Of a stretch of DNA of 64,000 bases, positions 1 to 9,233 are shown in pieces; the stretch's first letter is position 1, and every line of letters begins with the position of its first letter. Under the pieces are notes generated by a model. It did not search any database. It was not told the DNA's origin and worked only from the letters and a program-made list of their open reading frames with translations. Both the position numbers and the translations under genes were made by a program. Source of the stretch: an uncultured Candidatus Entotheonella sp. (GTDB lineage Bacteria > Tectomicrobia > Entotheonellia > Entotheonellales > Entotheonellaceae); contig OZ244252.1 of the NCBI GenBank assembly GCA_965217185.1, positions 448,001 through 512,000 of the forward strand. Direction: 5' to 3'.

Positions 1-2
1 CG

Positions 3-2396
3 ACGACGCTGCACTACTACCGCTCGACGGATGCGACGATCACGACCTCGGACACGGCGGAGGGGACGGACGAGGTCGGCACGCTGTCGGCGTCTGGGAC
101 CAGCGAGCAGTCGATCTCGCTGACCGCGCCAGCGCCGGGCACGTACTACTACGGAGCGTGCGTGGACACGGTGACCGGCGAGTCGGACACCACGGACAAC
201 TGCTCCGGGTCGGTTCAGGTCGACGTCCAGGAGCCGGCGGTGTACCCGGACCTGTCGGTGGGGTCGCCAACGGTGGACGACAGCAGTCCGGAGACGGGTG
301 CATCGTTCACGCTGTCGGCGACGGTGAGCAACGCGGGTGACGGGGAGTCGGGGGCGACGACGTTGCACTACTACCGCTCGACGGACGCGACGATCACGAC
401 GTCCGACACGTCGATGGGCACGGATGCGGTGGGGGCATTGGCCGCTGCGGGGACCAGCAGCGAGTCGATCTCGCTGACCGCACCGTCGACGGCTGGCACG
501 TACTACTACGGGGCGTGCGTGGACACGGTGACCGACGAGTCCGACACGACGAACAACTGCTCGTCGTCGGTGACGGTCACGGTGGCGGAGCCGGAGCTCC
601 AGCCCGACCTGACAGTCGACTCTTTCACCATCACACTCGGCCCTACTCTCGAAACGTCTCCGGGAGCGCTCGTCTATTTGAACCAGCGGGTGGCCAATGT
701 CGGGGATGCAGCGTCTGCGGCTACGACGGTGCGCTACTACCGGTCGACGGACGCGACGATCACGACGTCCGACACGCAGGTGAGCACCGACGCGGTACCG
801 GAACTCGCCGCTTCGAGCCGCTTCGCCGAGGTGCACAGCGAGCGCTTGCCGACGGCCCCCGGGACTTACTACTACGGGGCGTGCGTGGACGCGGTGGCGG
901 GGGAGTCCAATACGGCCAACAACTGTTCGCGGTCGGTGAAGGTGACGGTGCCGGAGCCGCAGCCGGACTTGGTAGTGGGGTCTGCATCGGTGGACGACAG
1001 CAATTTGAACACGGGCGACTCGTTCACACTGTCGGCGACGGTACGTAACGCCGGCGACGAGCAATCTGCGGCGACGACGCTGCGGTACTACCGATCGACC
1101 GATTCGAGGATCTCTTCGTCGGACACCGAGATCGGTACGGACGCGGTGGGGGCACTGGCCGCCTCGGGGACGAGCGCCGGGTCGATCACGCTGACCGCGC
1201 CCTCGACGGCGGGCACGTACTATTACGGGGCGTGCGTGGACACGGCGACGGACGAGTCGGACACCACGAACAACTGTTCGTCATCAGTGACAATCGCTGT
1301 GGAGGAGGCGTCATCGGGGCAGCCGGACTTGAGGATCGTTGGGGTAATCGCGGTGACCTCTCTTGACGGCGTTTTTCCTGGAAGTCTCATCCAGTTATCA
1401 GCAACCGTCCGAAACTATGGAGACGCGAATTCGGATGCCACGACGCTGCGATACTACCGCTCGGCGGACGCAACGATCTCCGTGTCGGACACGGAGGTCG
1501 GCACGGACGAAGTTTCTGCGCTGGCCCCTTCGGCCCAGGTTTCGGAGGGGATCCACCTGACGGCGCCGTCGCCGGCTGGCACGTACTACTACGGGGCGTG
1601 CGTGGACCCGGTGGCCGGGGAGTCGGACACGACGAACAACTGCTCGTCGTCCGTGCAGGTGGTGGTATCCGAGCCTGAGCCGGAGACGAGTCCGGACCTG
1701 ATGGTGGGGTCGGCATCGGTGGACGACAGCAGTCCGGAGACGGGTGCATCGTTCACGCTGTCGGCGACAGTGAGCAACGCGGGCGACGGCGAATCGGTGG
1801 CGACGACGCTGCGCTACTACCGCTCGACAGACGTGGCCATCACCTCGTCGGACACGGCGGTGGGCACCGACGCGGTGGGCGTGCTGGCAGCGTCAGCGAC
1901 CAGCCCGGAGTCAATCTCCCTCACGGCGCCGGAGGATGCCGGCACGTACTACTACGGTGTGTGCGTGGACCCGGTGGCGGGTGAGTCGGACACGACGAAC
2001 AACTGCTCCGGATCGGTGCAGGTGGTGGTGTCCGAGTCTGAGCCGGAGACGAGTCCGGACCTGATGGTGGGGTCGGCATCGGTGGACGACAGCAGTCCGG
2101 AGACGGGTGCATCGTTCACGCTGTGTGAGCAACGCGGGCGACGGCGAATCGGCGGCGACGACGCTGCGCTACTACCGCTCGACAGACGTGGCCATCACCT
2201 CGTCGGACACGGCGGTGGGCACCGACGCGGTGGGCGTGCTGGCAGCGTCAGCGACCAGCCCGGAGTCAATCTCCCTCACGGCGCCGGAGGATGCCGGCAC
2301 GTACTACTACGGCGCGTGCGTGGATTCGGTGACGGGCGAATCGAGCGCGACGAACAACTGCTCCGGATCGGTGCAGGTGGTGGTGTCCGAGCCTGA
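3..2396 (+). CDS. CARDB-like repeat protein, segment 1 (open at left edge; true repeat frame lost at ~2124)
   Basis: Frame open from position 3 (TTLHYYRSTD...); six units, then an out-of-frame tail after SFTL. Confidence 0.65.
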   Translation, partial: TTLHYYRSTDATITTSDTAEGTDEVGTLSASGTSEQSISLTAPAPGTYYYGACVDTVTGESDTTDNCSGSVQVDVQEPAVYPDLSVGSPTVDDSSPETGASFTLSATVSNAGDGESGATTLHYYRSTDATITTSDTSMGTDAVGALAAAGTSSESISLTAPSTAGTYYYGACVDTVTDESDTTNNCSSSVTVTVAEPELQPDLTVDSFTITLGPTLETSPGALVYLNQRVANVGDAASAATTVRYYRSTDATITTSDTQVSTDAVPELAASSRFAEVHSERLPTAPGTYYYGACVDAVAGESNTANNCSRSVKVTVPEPQPDLVVGSASVDDSNLNTGDSFTLSATVRNAGDEQSAATTLRYYRSTDSRISSSDTEIGTDAVGALAASGTSAGSITLTAPSTAGTYYYGACVDTATDESDTTNNCSSSVTIAVEEASSGQPDLRIVGVIAVTSLDGVFPGSLIQLSATVRNYGDANSDATTLRYYRSADATISVSDTEVGTDEVSALAPSAQVSEGIHLTAPSPAGTYYYGACVDPVAGESDTTNNCSSSVQVVVSEPEPETSPDLMVGSASVDDSSPETGASFTLSATVSNAGDGESVATTLRYYRSTDVAITSSDTAVGTDAVGVLAASATSPESISLTAPEDAGTYYYGVCVDPVAGESDTTNNCSGSVQVVVSESEPETSPDLMVGSASVDDSSPETGASFTLCEQRGRRRIGGDDAALLPLDRRGHHLVGHGGGHRRGGRAGSVSDQPGVNLPHGAGGCRHVLLRRVRGFGDGRIERDEQLLRIGAGGGVRA
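257..1646 (+). repeat. First copy of a ~1.39-kb four-unit block duplicated at 2421-3807
   Basis: Near-identical nucleotide sequence at offset 2164 (2161 after a one-codon indel). Confidence 0.9.
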
Positions 2397-2420
2397 GCCG
2401 GAGACGAGTCCGGACCTGAT
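1681..2420 (+). repeat. Tandem 363-bp units, the second carrying an 8-nt deletion
   Basis: cggagacgagtccggacctgatggtggggtcg recurs at 1681, 2044 and 2399 (spacings 363 and 355). Confidence 0.9.
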
Positions 2421-4686
2421 GGTGGGGTCGCCAACGGTGGACGACAGCAGTCCGGAGACGGGTGCATCGTTCACGCTGTCGGCGACGGTGAGCAACGCGG
2501 GTGACGGGGAGTCGGGGGCGACGACGTTGCACTACTACCGCTCGACGGACGCGACGATCACGACGTCCGACACGTCGATGGGCACGGATGCGGTGGGGGC
2601 ATTGGCCGCTGCGGGGACCAGCAGCGAGTCGATCTCGCTGACCGCACCGTCGACGGCTGGCACGTACTACTACGGCGCCTGCGTGGACACGGTGACCGAC
2701 GAGTCCGACACGACGAACAACTGCTCGTCGTCGGTGACGGTCACGGTGGCGGAGCCGGAGCCGCAACCGGACCTGATAGTCGACTCTTTCACCATCACAC
2801 TCGGCCCTACTCTCGAAACGTCTCCGGGAGCGCTCGTCTATTTGAACCAGCGGGTGGCCAATGTCGGGGATGCAGCGTCTGCGGCCACGACGGTGCGCTA
2901 CTACCGGTCGACGGACGCGACGATCACGACGTCCGACACGCAGGTGAGCACCGACGCGGTACCGGAACTCGCCGCTTCGAGCCGCTTCGCCGAGGTGCAC
3001 AGCGAGCGCTTGCCGACGGCCCCCGGAACGTACTACTACGGGGCGTGCGTGGACTCGGTGGCGGGGGAGTCCAATACGGCCAACAACTGTTCGCGGTCGG
3101 TGAAGGTGACGGTGCCGGCGCCGCAACCGGACCTGGCAGTGTCGGCGTCGGTGGACGACGGCAATTTGAACACGGGCGACTCGTTCACGCTGTCGGCGAC
3201 GGTACGTAACGCCGGCGACGAGCAATCTGCGGCGACGACGCTGCACTACTACCGCTCGACGGATTCGACGATCTCTTCGTCGGACACCCAGGTCGGCACG
3301 GACGCGGTGGGGGTATTGGCCGCCTCGGGGACGAGCGCCGAGTCGATCTCTCTGACCGCGCCCTCGACGGCTGGCACTTACTACTATGGGGCGTGCGTGG
3401 ACGCGGTGACGGACGAGTCGGACACCACGAACAACTGCTCGTCGTCGGTGACAATCGCTGTGGAGGAGGAGTCAACGGGGCAGCCGGACTTGAGGATCCT
3501 TGGGTTATTTGCGGGGACCCCTCCTGACGGCGTTGCTGCTGGAACTCTCATCCAATTCGGAGCAAACGTTCGAAACTATGGAGACGCGAATTCGGATGCC
3601 ACGACGTTGCGATACTACCGCTCGACGGACGCAACGATCTCCGTGTCGGACACGGAGGTCGGCACGGACGAAGTTTCTGCGTTGGTCCCTTCGGCCCAGG
3701 TTTCGGAGGGGATCGACCTGTACGCGCCGTCGACGGCTGGCACGTACTACTACGGGGCGTGCGTGGACGCGGTGACCGACGAGTCGGACACGACGAACAA
3801 CTGCTCGGGATCCCTGGCGTTCACAGTGCCGGAACCTGAACCGGCCCAAGTGGAGGGCAATCCGGACCTGGTGATCCGGTCGGTCGGGACCCTTGTTGGC
3901 GGCGTGGGAAACACATACCCGTTGGAGTCCTTCCAGGTGGCGCCGTCGGTGTTCAATGACGGGGACGGACCCTCGGAAGCGACGACGCTGCGGATTTATC
4001 GGTCGACGGACACGACGGTCGATACATCCGACACGCAGGTGGGCAGCGCCACGGTGGCGGGGCTGGCCGCTTCGGAATACGCCGCCCCGGCGATTCGGGT
4101 GAGGTCGCCGTTGACCCCGGGCACGTACTACTACGGCGCGTGTGTGGACGCGGTGGCGGGGGAGTCCGATACGACCAACAACTGCGGAGGATCCCTGTCG
4201 GTCCCTGTGGTGCCGCGCGGGCGACCGGATCTGGTGGTGGAAACGCCTACCCTCGACCCCAGCTTCCCGTCCGCCGGGGCGACGTTCACCCTGACGGCGA
4301 CGGTGTGGAACTTTGCGCAGTTGAGCGAGGGAACCTCGGAGGCCACGACGCTGCGGTACTACCTGTCGACGGACGGGACGATCACGACATCCGACACGCA
4401 GGTGGGCACGGACGCGGTTCCGGCGCTGGGCCCTCGTAGCAACAGCACTCAGTCGGTGGAGCTGACCGCGCCGACGACGCCGGGAACGTACTACTACGGC
4501 GCCTGCGTGGACGAGATGACGGACGAGTCCGATACGACCAACAACTGCACGAATGGCGTGAGGGTCTCGGTAACGGAGCAACAGTCAAAGAGCTATCCGG
4601 ACTTGACGGTGGGATCGACTTCTTTGAGCGCTAGCGACAGATCCGACCAAGTACGTCGATTCGAATTGATTGTCACTGGCTATTAG
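2107..4686 (+). CDS. CARDB-like repeat protein, segment 2
   Basis: Seven further YYYGACVD/NNC units; no credible independent start. Confidence 0.65.
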   Translation: MHRSRCVSNAGDGESAATTLRYYRSTDVAITSSDTAVGTDAVGVLAASATSPESISLTAPEDAGTYYYGACVDSVTGESSATNNCSGSVQVVVSEPEPETSPDLMVGSPTVDDSSPETGASFTLSATVSNAGDGESGATTLHYYRSTDATITTSDTSMGTDAVGALAAAGTSSESISLTAPSTAGTYYYGACVDTVTDESDTTNNCSSSVTVTVAEPEPQPDLIVDSFTITLGPTLETSPGALVYLNQRVANVGDAASAATTVRYYRSTDATITTSDTQVSTDAVPELAASSRFAEVHSERLPTAPGTYYYGACVDSVAGESNTANNCSRSVKVTVPAPQPDLAVSASVDDGNLNTGDSFTLSATVRNAGDEQSAATTLHYYRSTDSTISSSDTQVGTDAVGVLAASGTSAESISLTAPSTAGTYYYGACVDAVTDESDTTNNCSSSVTIAVEEESTGQPDLRILGLFAGTPPDGVAAGTLIQFGANVRNYGDANSDATTLRYYRSTDATISVSDTEVGTDEVSALVPSAQVSEGIDLYAPSTAGTYYYGACVDAVTDESDTTNNCSGSLAFTVPEPEPAQVEGNPDLVIRSVGTLVGGVGNTYPLESFQVAPSVFNDGDGPSEATTLRIYRSTDTTVDTSDTQVGSATVAGLAASEYAAPAIRVRSPLTPGTYYYGACVDAVAGESDTTNNCGGSLSVPVVPRGRPDLVVETPTLDPSFPSAGATFTLTATVWNFAQLSEGTSEATTLRYYLSTDGTITTSDTQVGTDAVPALGPRSNSTQSVELTAPTTPGTYYYGACVDEMTDESDTTNNCTNGVRVSVTEQQSKSYPDLTVGSTSLSASDRSDQVRRFELIVTGY
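2421..3807 (+). repeat. Second copy of the ~1.39-kb block (257-1646)
   Basis: Direct comparison with 257-1646. Confidence 0.9.
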
Positions 4687-4713
4687 AAAGCGTTTCCAGG
4701 GGAACCGTTCGAC

Positions 4714-5670
4714 GTGTCGTCGACGGCGACCAACGCCGGCGACGGGGAATCGGCGGCAACGACGATGCGCTTCTACCGGTCGTCGGATGTCACGATCACG
4801 CCAGCCGATACGCTGGTGGGTACGGCGGTGGTGGAAGCGCTTGGCGCTTCGGAGACCGCTAGGAAGACGCTGACGACGACCGCGCCCTCGACCCTCGGCT
4901 CGTACTACTACGGCGCGTGTGTGGACGCGGTGACGGGCGAGTCCGTCACCACGAACAACTGCAGCCCATCGGTGTTTCTTGAGGTAGTGCCGGCGGACGC
5001 ACCGGACCTGCTGGTGCAACCCCCGGAGGCGCACTCCAACACTCTGTCCGCTGGAGCGACGTTTACCCTGTCAGCATACGTGCGGAATCTCACGAGGTCG
5101 TTTGAAGCAACCTCGGAGGAGACGACCCTGCGATGGTACTCTTCGACCGACGATCGTATCAGCACATCCGACACGGAGGTCGGCACGGACGCGGTGCCGG
5201 CGCTTGGTGCTCTAGGAAGTAGCCGCGAGACGGTGGAATTGACCGCGCCCTCGACCGCCGGGATCCACTACTACGGCGCGTGTGTGGACCCAGTCGCGAG
5301 AGAGTCGAGCACCGGTAACAACTGCTCGCAGGGCGTGTCGATCATTGTGTCGGAATGGGCCGGTCGGGAAAGTCGAAGGAGAGCCGGCCTGTGGGTCGTC
5401 GAGCCTATAGAGGCGCAGGTGCGGGCAATCGGGGCCGGGACGGCCGAGGTGACGGTGACTGAAGACGGCGGGACGTTGAGCGGGGCGACCAGTGTGACGG
5501 TGACGGTGACGCCGCCAGAGGAGGGCAATCAGGACCTGGAGATCCTGTCGGTCGGGACGCTTGTTGGCGGTGTGGGAAACACATACCCCGGGGAGTCCTT
5601 CCAGGTGGCGGCGTCGGTGTTGAATGACGGGGACGGACCCTCGGAATCGACGACGCTACGGACTCAGTGA
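4714..5670 (+). CDS. CARDB-like repeat protein, segment 3
   Basis: Same frame as segment 2, directly after TAG 4684-4686 (Y*KAFPGEPFDVSSTATN). Confidence 0.55.
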   Translation: MSSTATNAGDGESAATTMRFYRSSDVTITPADTLVGTAVVEALGASETARKTLTTTAPSTLGSYYYGACVDAVTGESVTTNNCSPSVFLEVVPADAPDLLVQPPEAHSNTLSAGATFTLSAYVRNLTRSFEATSEETTLRWYSSTDDRISTSDTEVGTDAVPALGALGSSRETVELTAPSTAGIHYYGACVDPVARESSTGNNCSQGVSIIVSEWAGRESRRRAGLWVVEPIEAQVRAIGAGTAEVTVTEDGGTLSGATSVTVTVTPPEEGNQDLEILSVGTLVGGVGNTYPGESFQVAASVLNDGDGPSESTTLRTQ

Positions 5671-7040
5671 TCACGACATCCGACACGCATCTGGGCACGG
5701 ACGCGGTTCCGGCGCTGGGCCCTCGTAGCAAAAGCACTCAGTCGGTGGAGCTGACCGCGCCGACGACGCCAGGAACGTACTACTACGGTGCCTGCGTGGA
5801 CGAGATGACGAACGAATCGGACACGACGAACAACTGCTCGTCGGTGCAGGTCGTCGTGGCGGCGCAGTCGGGTACGCCGAGCGTGGAGGTGAGCGCGCCG
5901 AAGGAGTGGGCGCCCGTGGGGGGCACCGTGACCTACACGGCGCGCGTCCTGGACAGCGAGGACAGGGAGATTTCCGGGTACATCATTTCATGGTCGTCCA
6001 GCGACACCTCGAAGGCGACCGTCGACTCGAGCGGCGTGGTGACGGCCGTCGCGGTGGGCGAGGCGACCATTACCGCCTCGGCGAGTGCGACGGCTTCGGC
6101 CACGGTGAAGGCTTCGTCCAAGATGGACGTGGTCAAGCCAGTAGCCAGGATCGAACTGTCGCCGAGTTCGCTGAGCTTCGACACGGTGGGTGAATGGGAG
6201 ACCGTGACGGCAACCCTCTACGACGCGGACGGCAACGAAATGAGCCCCACCTACTGGGGCTGGTACTCGGCGGATGGGGAAGTGGCGACGGTGGACAGCC
6301 AGTTCTTGGCGTCCGGGGCGTCGGCGTGGGTGCGGTCGATTGGGGAGGGGAGCACCACGGTGACGCTGAGCGCCAACGGGGCCAGGGAATCCATGAGCGT
6401 GACGGTGACCCTGCCTGCGGCACGAGTGGACATATCGCCGCGTTCGCTGACGTTCGAGGCGTTGGGGGACACCAAGTCGGTGACCGTCCGGGTTCTGGAC
6501 GAGAATGGCGACGAGGTCGAGGACGCGACGTTCGGCTTTATCGGCTCCTTCGGTCCGTGCTGCCATCCTGACCTTGCCGACCCGGTGAGAACATGGGACA
6601 TCGAGAAAGTGGACGGCGGCCTGGAGATTACGTCGGAAGGACCGGGAAGGGGCAACCTCACGATCACATCGACGGACGTGGAATCCGCAATTCTGCCCGT
6701 GACCGTGTACATGAAGCCGGCGACACTGGAGGTCTCGCCGAGTTCGGCGAGCCTGGAGGTCGACGGGACGACCACGCTGAACGCGACGATCAAGGACGCC
6801 AACGGCAACTCCATACACGTGGACCAGGACGACGGTCGGGGTGGCAAGGTGGTGTATTGGGAAACGAGCGACTCGGCGGTGGCGACGGTCGAGGGAGAGA
6901 CCGTCACGATAACGGACCACAATACCGGAGGTTCCGCCACGGTCACGGCGGTCGCAGCCGGCACGGCGACGATTACCGGCAGGCACGGGGCGGGTAGCAG
7001 ACAAATCAGCGACACAGCCACAGTGACGGTGACGGAATGA
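5667..7040 (+). CDS. C-terminal segment: last CARDB-like half-unit plus about four Ig-like (Big_2-type) domains
   Basis: WSSSDTSKATVDSSGVVTAVAVGEATITA and WETSDSAVATV...VTAVAAGTATITG are typical Big_2 motifs. Confidence 0.75.
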   Translation: MITTSDTHLGTDAVPALGPRSKSTQSVELTAPTTPGTYYYGACVDEMTNESDTTNNCSSVQVVVAAQSGTPSVEVSAPKEWAPVGGTVTYTARVLDSEDREISGYIISWSSSDTSKATVDSSGVVTAVAVGEATITASASATASATVKASSKMDVVKPVARIELSPSSLSFDTVGEWETVTATLYDADGNEMSPTYWGWYSADGEVATVDSQFLASGASAWVRSIGEGSTTVTLSANGARESMSVTVTLPAARVDISPRSLTFEALGDTKSVTVRVLDENGDEVEDATFGFIGSFGPCCHPDLADPVRTWDIEKVDGGLEITSEGPGRGNLTITSTDVESAILPVTVYMKPATLEVSPSSASLEVDGTTTLNATIKDANGNSIHVDQDDGRGGKVVYWETSDSAVATVEGETVTITDHNTGGSATVTAVAAGTATITGRHGAGSRQISDTATVTVTE

Positions 7041-7044
7041 TTCA

Positions 7045-7353
7045 GTGATGTTACGCACTTGGCAACTTGTTAATCCATCCCCCGGTCGGAGCCGAGGGCA
7101 GGCTTGAGGTGTCTCTTCCAACAGTTGCCGCCCAGAACACCATCGTCCGTAGGCATAGGTCCGCCCTGCACGTCAAGCCCGCAAAGCGGAACCCTGCGGG
7201 CAAGATGCCCGCGCTCCCAGGGAGGCGGCCCGGGTGGCGCCAGGCTCATTGCCGAGCCCAGGAAGATGCCCGCGCTCCCAGGGAGGCGGCGCTATTCACA
7301 AACACCCTCACAGGAAGGTCACAACTGAACTCCACAAGGCTGCGTAACATCAC
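7045..7353. mobile_element. MITE-like non-coding element with 13-bp terminal inverted repeats
   Basis: gtgatgttacgca (7045-7057) and its reverse complement tgcgtaacatcac (7341-7353); no transposase inside. Confidence 0.55.
7196..7290. repeat. REP-like 28-bp direct repeat pair
   Basis: aagatgcccgcgctcccagggaggcggc at 7202-7229 and 7263-7290; first copy completes the hairpin gcgggc-aagat-gcccgc. Confidence 0.75.
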
Positions 7354-7498
7354 CAGTTAAGTTCTCTTTCTCCGCGCTCTGACGCTCGGACCACAACGCC
7401 CGTCAGCGAGGGGCGTCCTGCTCTGAGCGCCGCTACGCGCGACTCGCCACTGCTTTTGCCGGCCACGCACCTGAACGCTGCATTCGTCCAATCCTGAG

Positions 7499-8239
7499 CT
7501 AACCCCTGAGATGTTCGTTGTAGAACAGCATGACGCGGTGCCACATGTCCTGAGCGGGGGCGGCGCGGTAGCTGGGGCGGTAGTCGGCAAAGAAGGCGTG
7601 GCCGGCATCGCGGTACATGTGGAAGGTGTAGGTTTTGCCGTGTTTGTCGAGCTCCGCTTGCAGGCGGGCGGCGTGCTCGGGTGACGGGTTGGGGTCCTCT
7701 TCGCCGAACAGGGCCATGAGGGGACAGGAGAGGGTGGGTATCATGTCGATGGGGGACACGGGCCGCTGGGGTGTGTGCTCGTCCTGGATGATGAACCCGC
7801 CGGCGGAATCGACGGCGGCGTCAAGGTTGGTGCTCTTGCAGCCTAGCATCAGGGTGTAGCGGCCGCCGGAGCAAAAGCCGATGGCGCCGACTTTGCCGTT
7901 GCTGCCGGACTGGCCCTTGAGGAACGAAATGGCGCCCTCCAGGTCGGTCATGGCCTGGGTGTCCGGCACCGAGAACATGGTCTTGAAGATTTCTTCCATC
8001 ACGGTGGGATCGGGTGAGCCTTCGCGGGTGTACATGTCGGGGGCGACGGCCAGGTAGCCTTGTTCGGCGAAACGGCGGGCGATGTCCTTGATGTGGTCAT
8101 TAAGGCCAAAGGCTTCCATGATGACGACGACGCCGGGGTAGCTTCCGGCTTCGCCCGGGCGGCTGAAATAGGCGTCGATCTGGGTGCCGTCCTGGCTGGG
8201 AAACTGAAGCGTTTCGGATTGGATGTCGGGTGGATACAC
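7499..8239 (-). CDS. Dienelactone hydrolase family protein
   Basis: VIMEAFGLNDHI, GFCSGG nucleophile motif, AGHAF catalytic His. Confidence 0.92.
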   Translation of the reverse strand: MYPPDIQSETLQFPSQDGTQIDAYFSRPGEAGSYPGVVVIMEAFGLNDHIKDIARRFAEQGYLAVAPDMYTREGSPDPTVMEEIFKTMFSVPDTQAMTDLEGAISFLKGQSGSNGKVGAIGFCSGGRYTLMLGCKSTNLDAAVDSAGGFIIQDEHTPQRPVSPIDMIPTLSCPLMALFGEEDPNPSPEHAARLQAELDKHGKTYTFHMYRDAGHAFFADYRPSYRAAPAQDMWHRVMLFYNEHLRG

Positions 8240-8458
8240 GGCTGCGCTCCTTCGCGGTTGAAATGGCCAATATGTGACGGTATTTCAAGGCGGCAGGCTA
8301 GCACCGGCGAGGTGCGAGGGTCAAGGGTGCCGGAGCGCTCGGTGGCCCTGTGCCGAAGTCCTTTGTGGGAACATCTAAGTGTGCTATTTTAACGTTCCAT
8401 TCAGGCACGAATGCACTGCGTTCAGAACGTGAAGTTTCCAATCCTCAAGGAGGTTCTC

Positions 8459-9157
8459 ATGTTTCATCGTGGTCAACTGTCGCGCCGTACCATGCTCCGC
8501 AACGCCCTCGCCGCCGGCGCGGTGTTCGCGGCGCCCAACATCGTGCGCAGCGCTGTATGTAATGTCACGCCGAAGCAGGTTGAAGGTCCCTTCTACATGA
8601 ACGACTACGACCGCAAGGCGCCAGTGATGAACAACAACGACCTGACGCAGATCCCCGGTGCGGAGCGAGCCGCGGACGGCGAGGTGATCTATCTCGGCGG
8701 GCAGGTGACGGACGGAGAATGCAGGCCTGTCAAGGGCGCTGCCGTCGAGATCTGGCAGTCCTGCGTCACGGGCCGTTACGCCCACGTGCGCGACCCCAAT
8801 CCGGCGCCGATAGACCCCTATTTCCGCTATTCCGGCGAGTTCCTCACCGATGAGGAGGGCCGCTATTCCTTCAAGACCATCAAGCCGGGCCCCTACCCCA
8901 TTCCTGGCGGCATGATGCGCACGCCGCACATCCATTTCAGGGTCGTCGCCCTCGCCCCGATCCTCACCACGCAGATGTACTTTGCGGGCGAGCCGCTGAA
9001 CGACAAGGACATCCTGCTGGGCCATGCCGCCAAGTCCGAACAGAAGCGGCTGGTCGTTGAGCCCTCCACCCGCCCCGGTAGCTACGGGGAAGAGAATTAC
9101 TATGCGTTCGATCTGACCATCGGTTCGTTCGGTTTCTCCCTGGAGCGCACGGATTAG
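8459..9157 (+). CDS. Intradiol ring-cleavage dioxygenase (protocatechuate 3,4-dioxygenase-like) with Tat signal
   Basis: AAGGAGG RBS, SRRTML twin-Arg, EGPFY, VEIWQ, GRY, PGPY, RTPHIHF motifs. Confidence 0.9.
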   Translation: MFHRGQLSRRTMLRNALAAGAVFAAPNIVRSAVCNVTPKQVEGPFYMNDYDRKAPVMNNNDLTQIPGAERAADGEVIYLGGQVTDGECRPVKGAAVEIWQSCVTGRYAHVRDPNPAPIDPYFRYSGEFLTDEEGRYSFKTIKPGPYPIPGGMMRTPHIHFRVVALAPILTTQMYFAGEPLNDKDILLGHAAKSEQKRLVVEPSTRPGSYGEENYYAFDLTIGSFGFSLERTD

Positions 9158-9233
9158 GCATGGTGTCATGTGCACCCGGCGGCATCCGGTGATGCTTGCC
9201 GGGTGCACCCGTTTGACGGGGTAGGAGAGCACC

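Larger units (their letters stand above)
1..7040 (+). pseudogene. Giant repetitive surface protein (about 16 CARDB-like ~120-aa units followed by Ig-like Big_2-type domains), 5' end outside window, interrupted by 2 frameshifts and 1 in-frame TAG
   Basis: Repeating PDL...TTLRYYRSTD...GTYYYGACVD...ESDTTNNCS unit continues across ORFs 3-2396, 2107-4686, 4714-5670 and 5667-7040; lesions at ~2124 (8-nt deletion), 4684-4686 (TAG) and ~5662-5668. Confidence 0.75.

Noticed and set aside
4684..4686. Pyrrolysine or genetic-code reassignment of TAG
   Set aside because: TAG is an ordinary stop for several genes here (e.g. 9157, 14054, 26207), no pyl genes are visible, and the same gene has other lesions.
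1..5870. Regular repeats as a possible CRISPR array
   Set aside because: Period is about 360 bp and the units are protein-coding; no short repeat-spacer structure and no cas genes.
7340..7505. Possible integron attC site
   Set aside because: A GTTRRRY match exists but no proper complementary RYYYAAC/L-box arrangement, cassette array or integrase.
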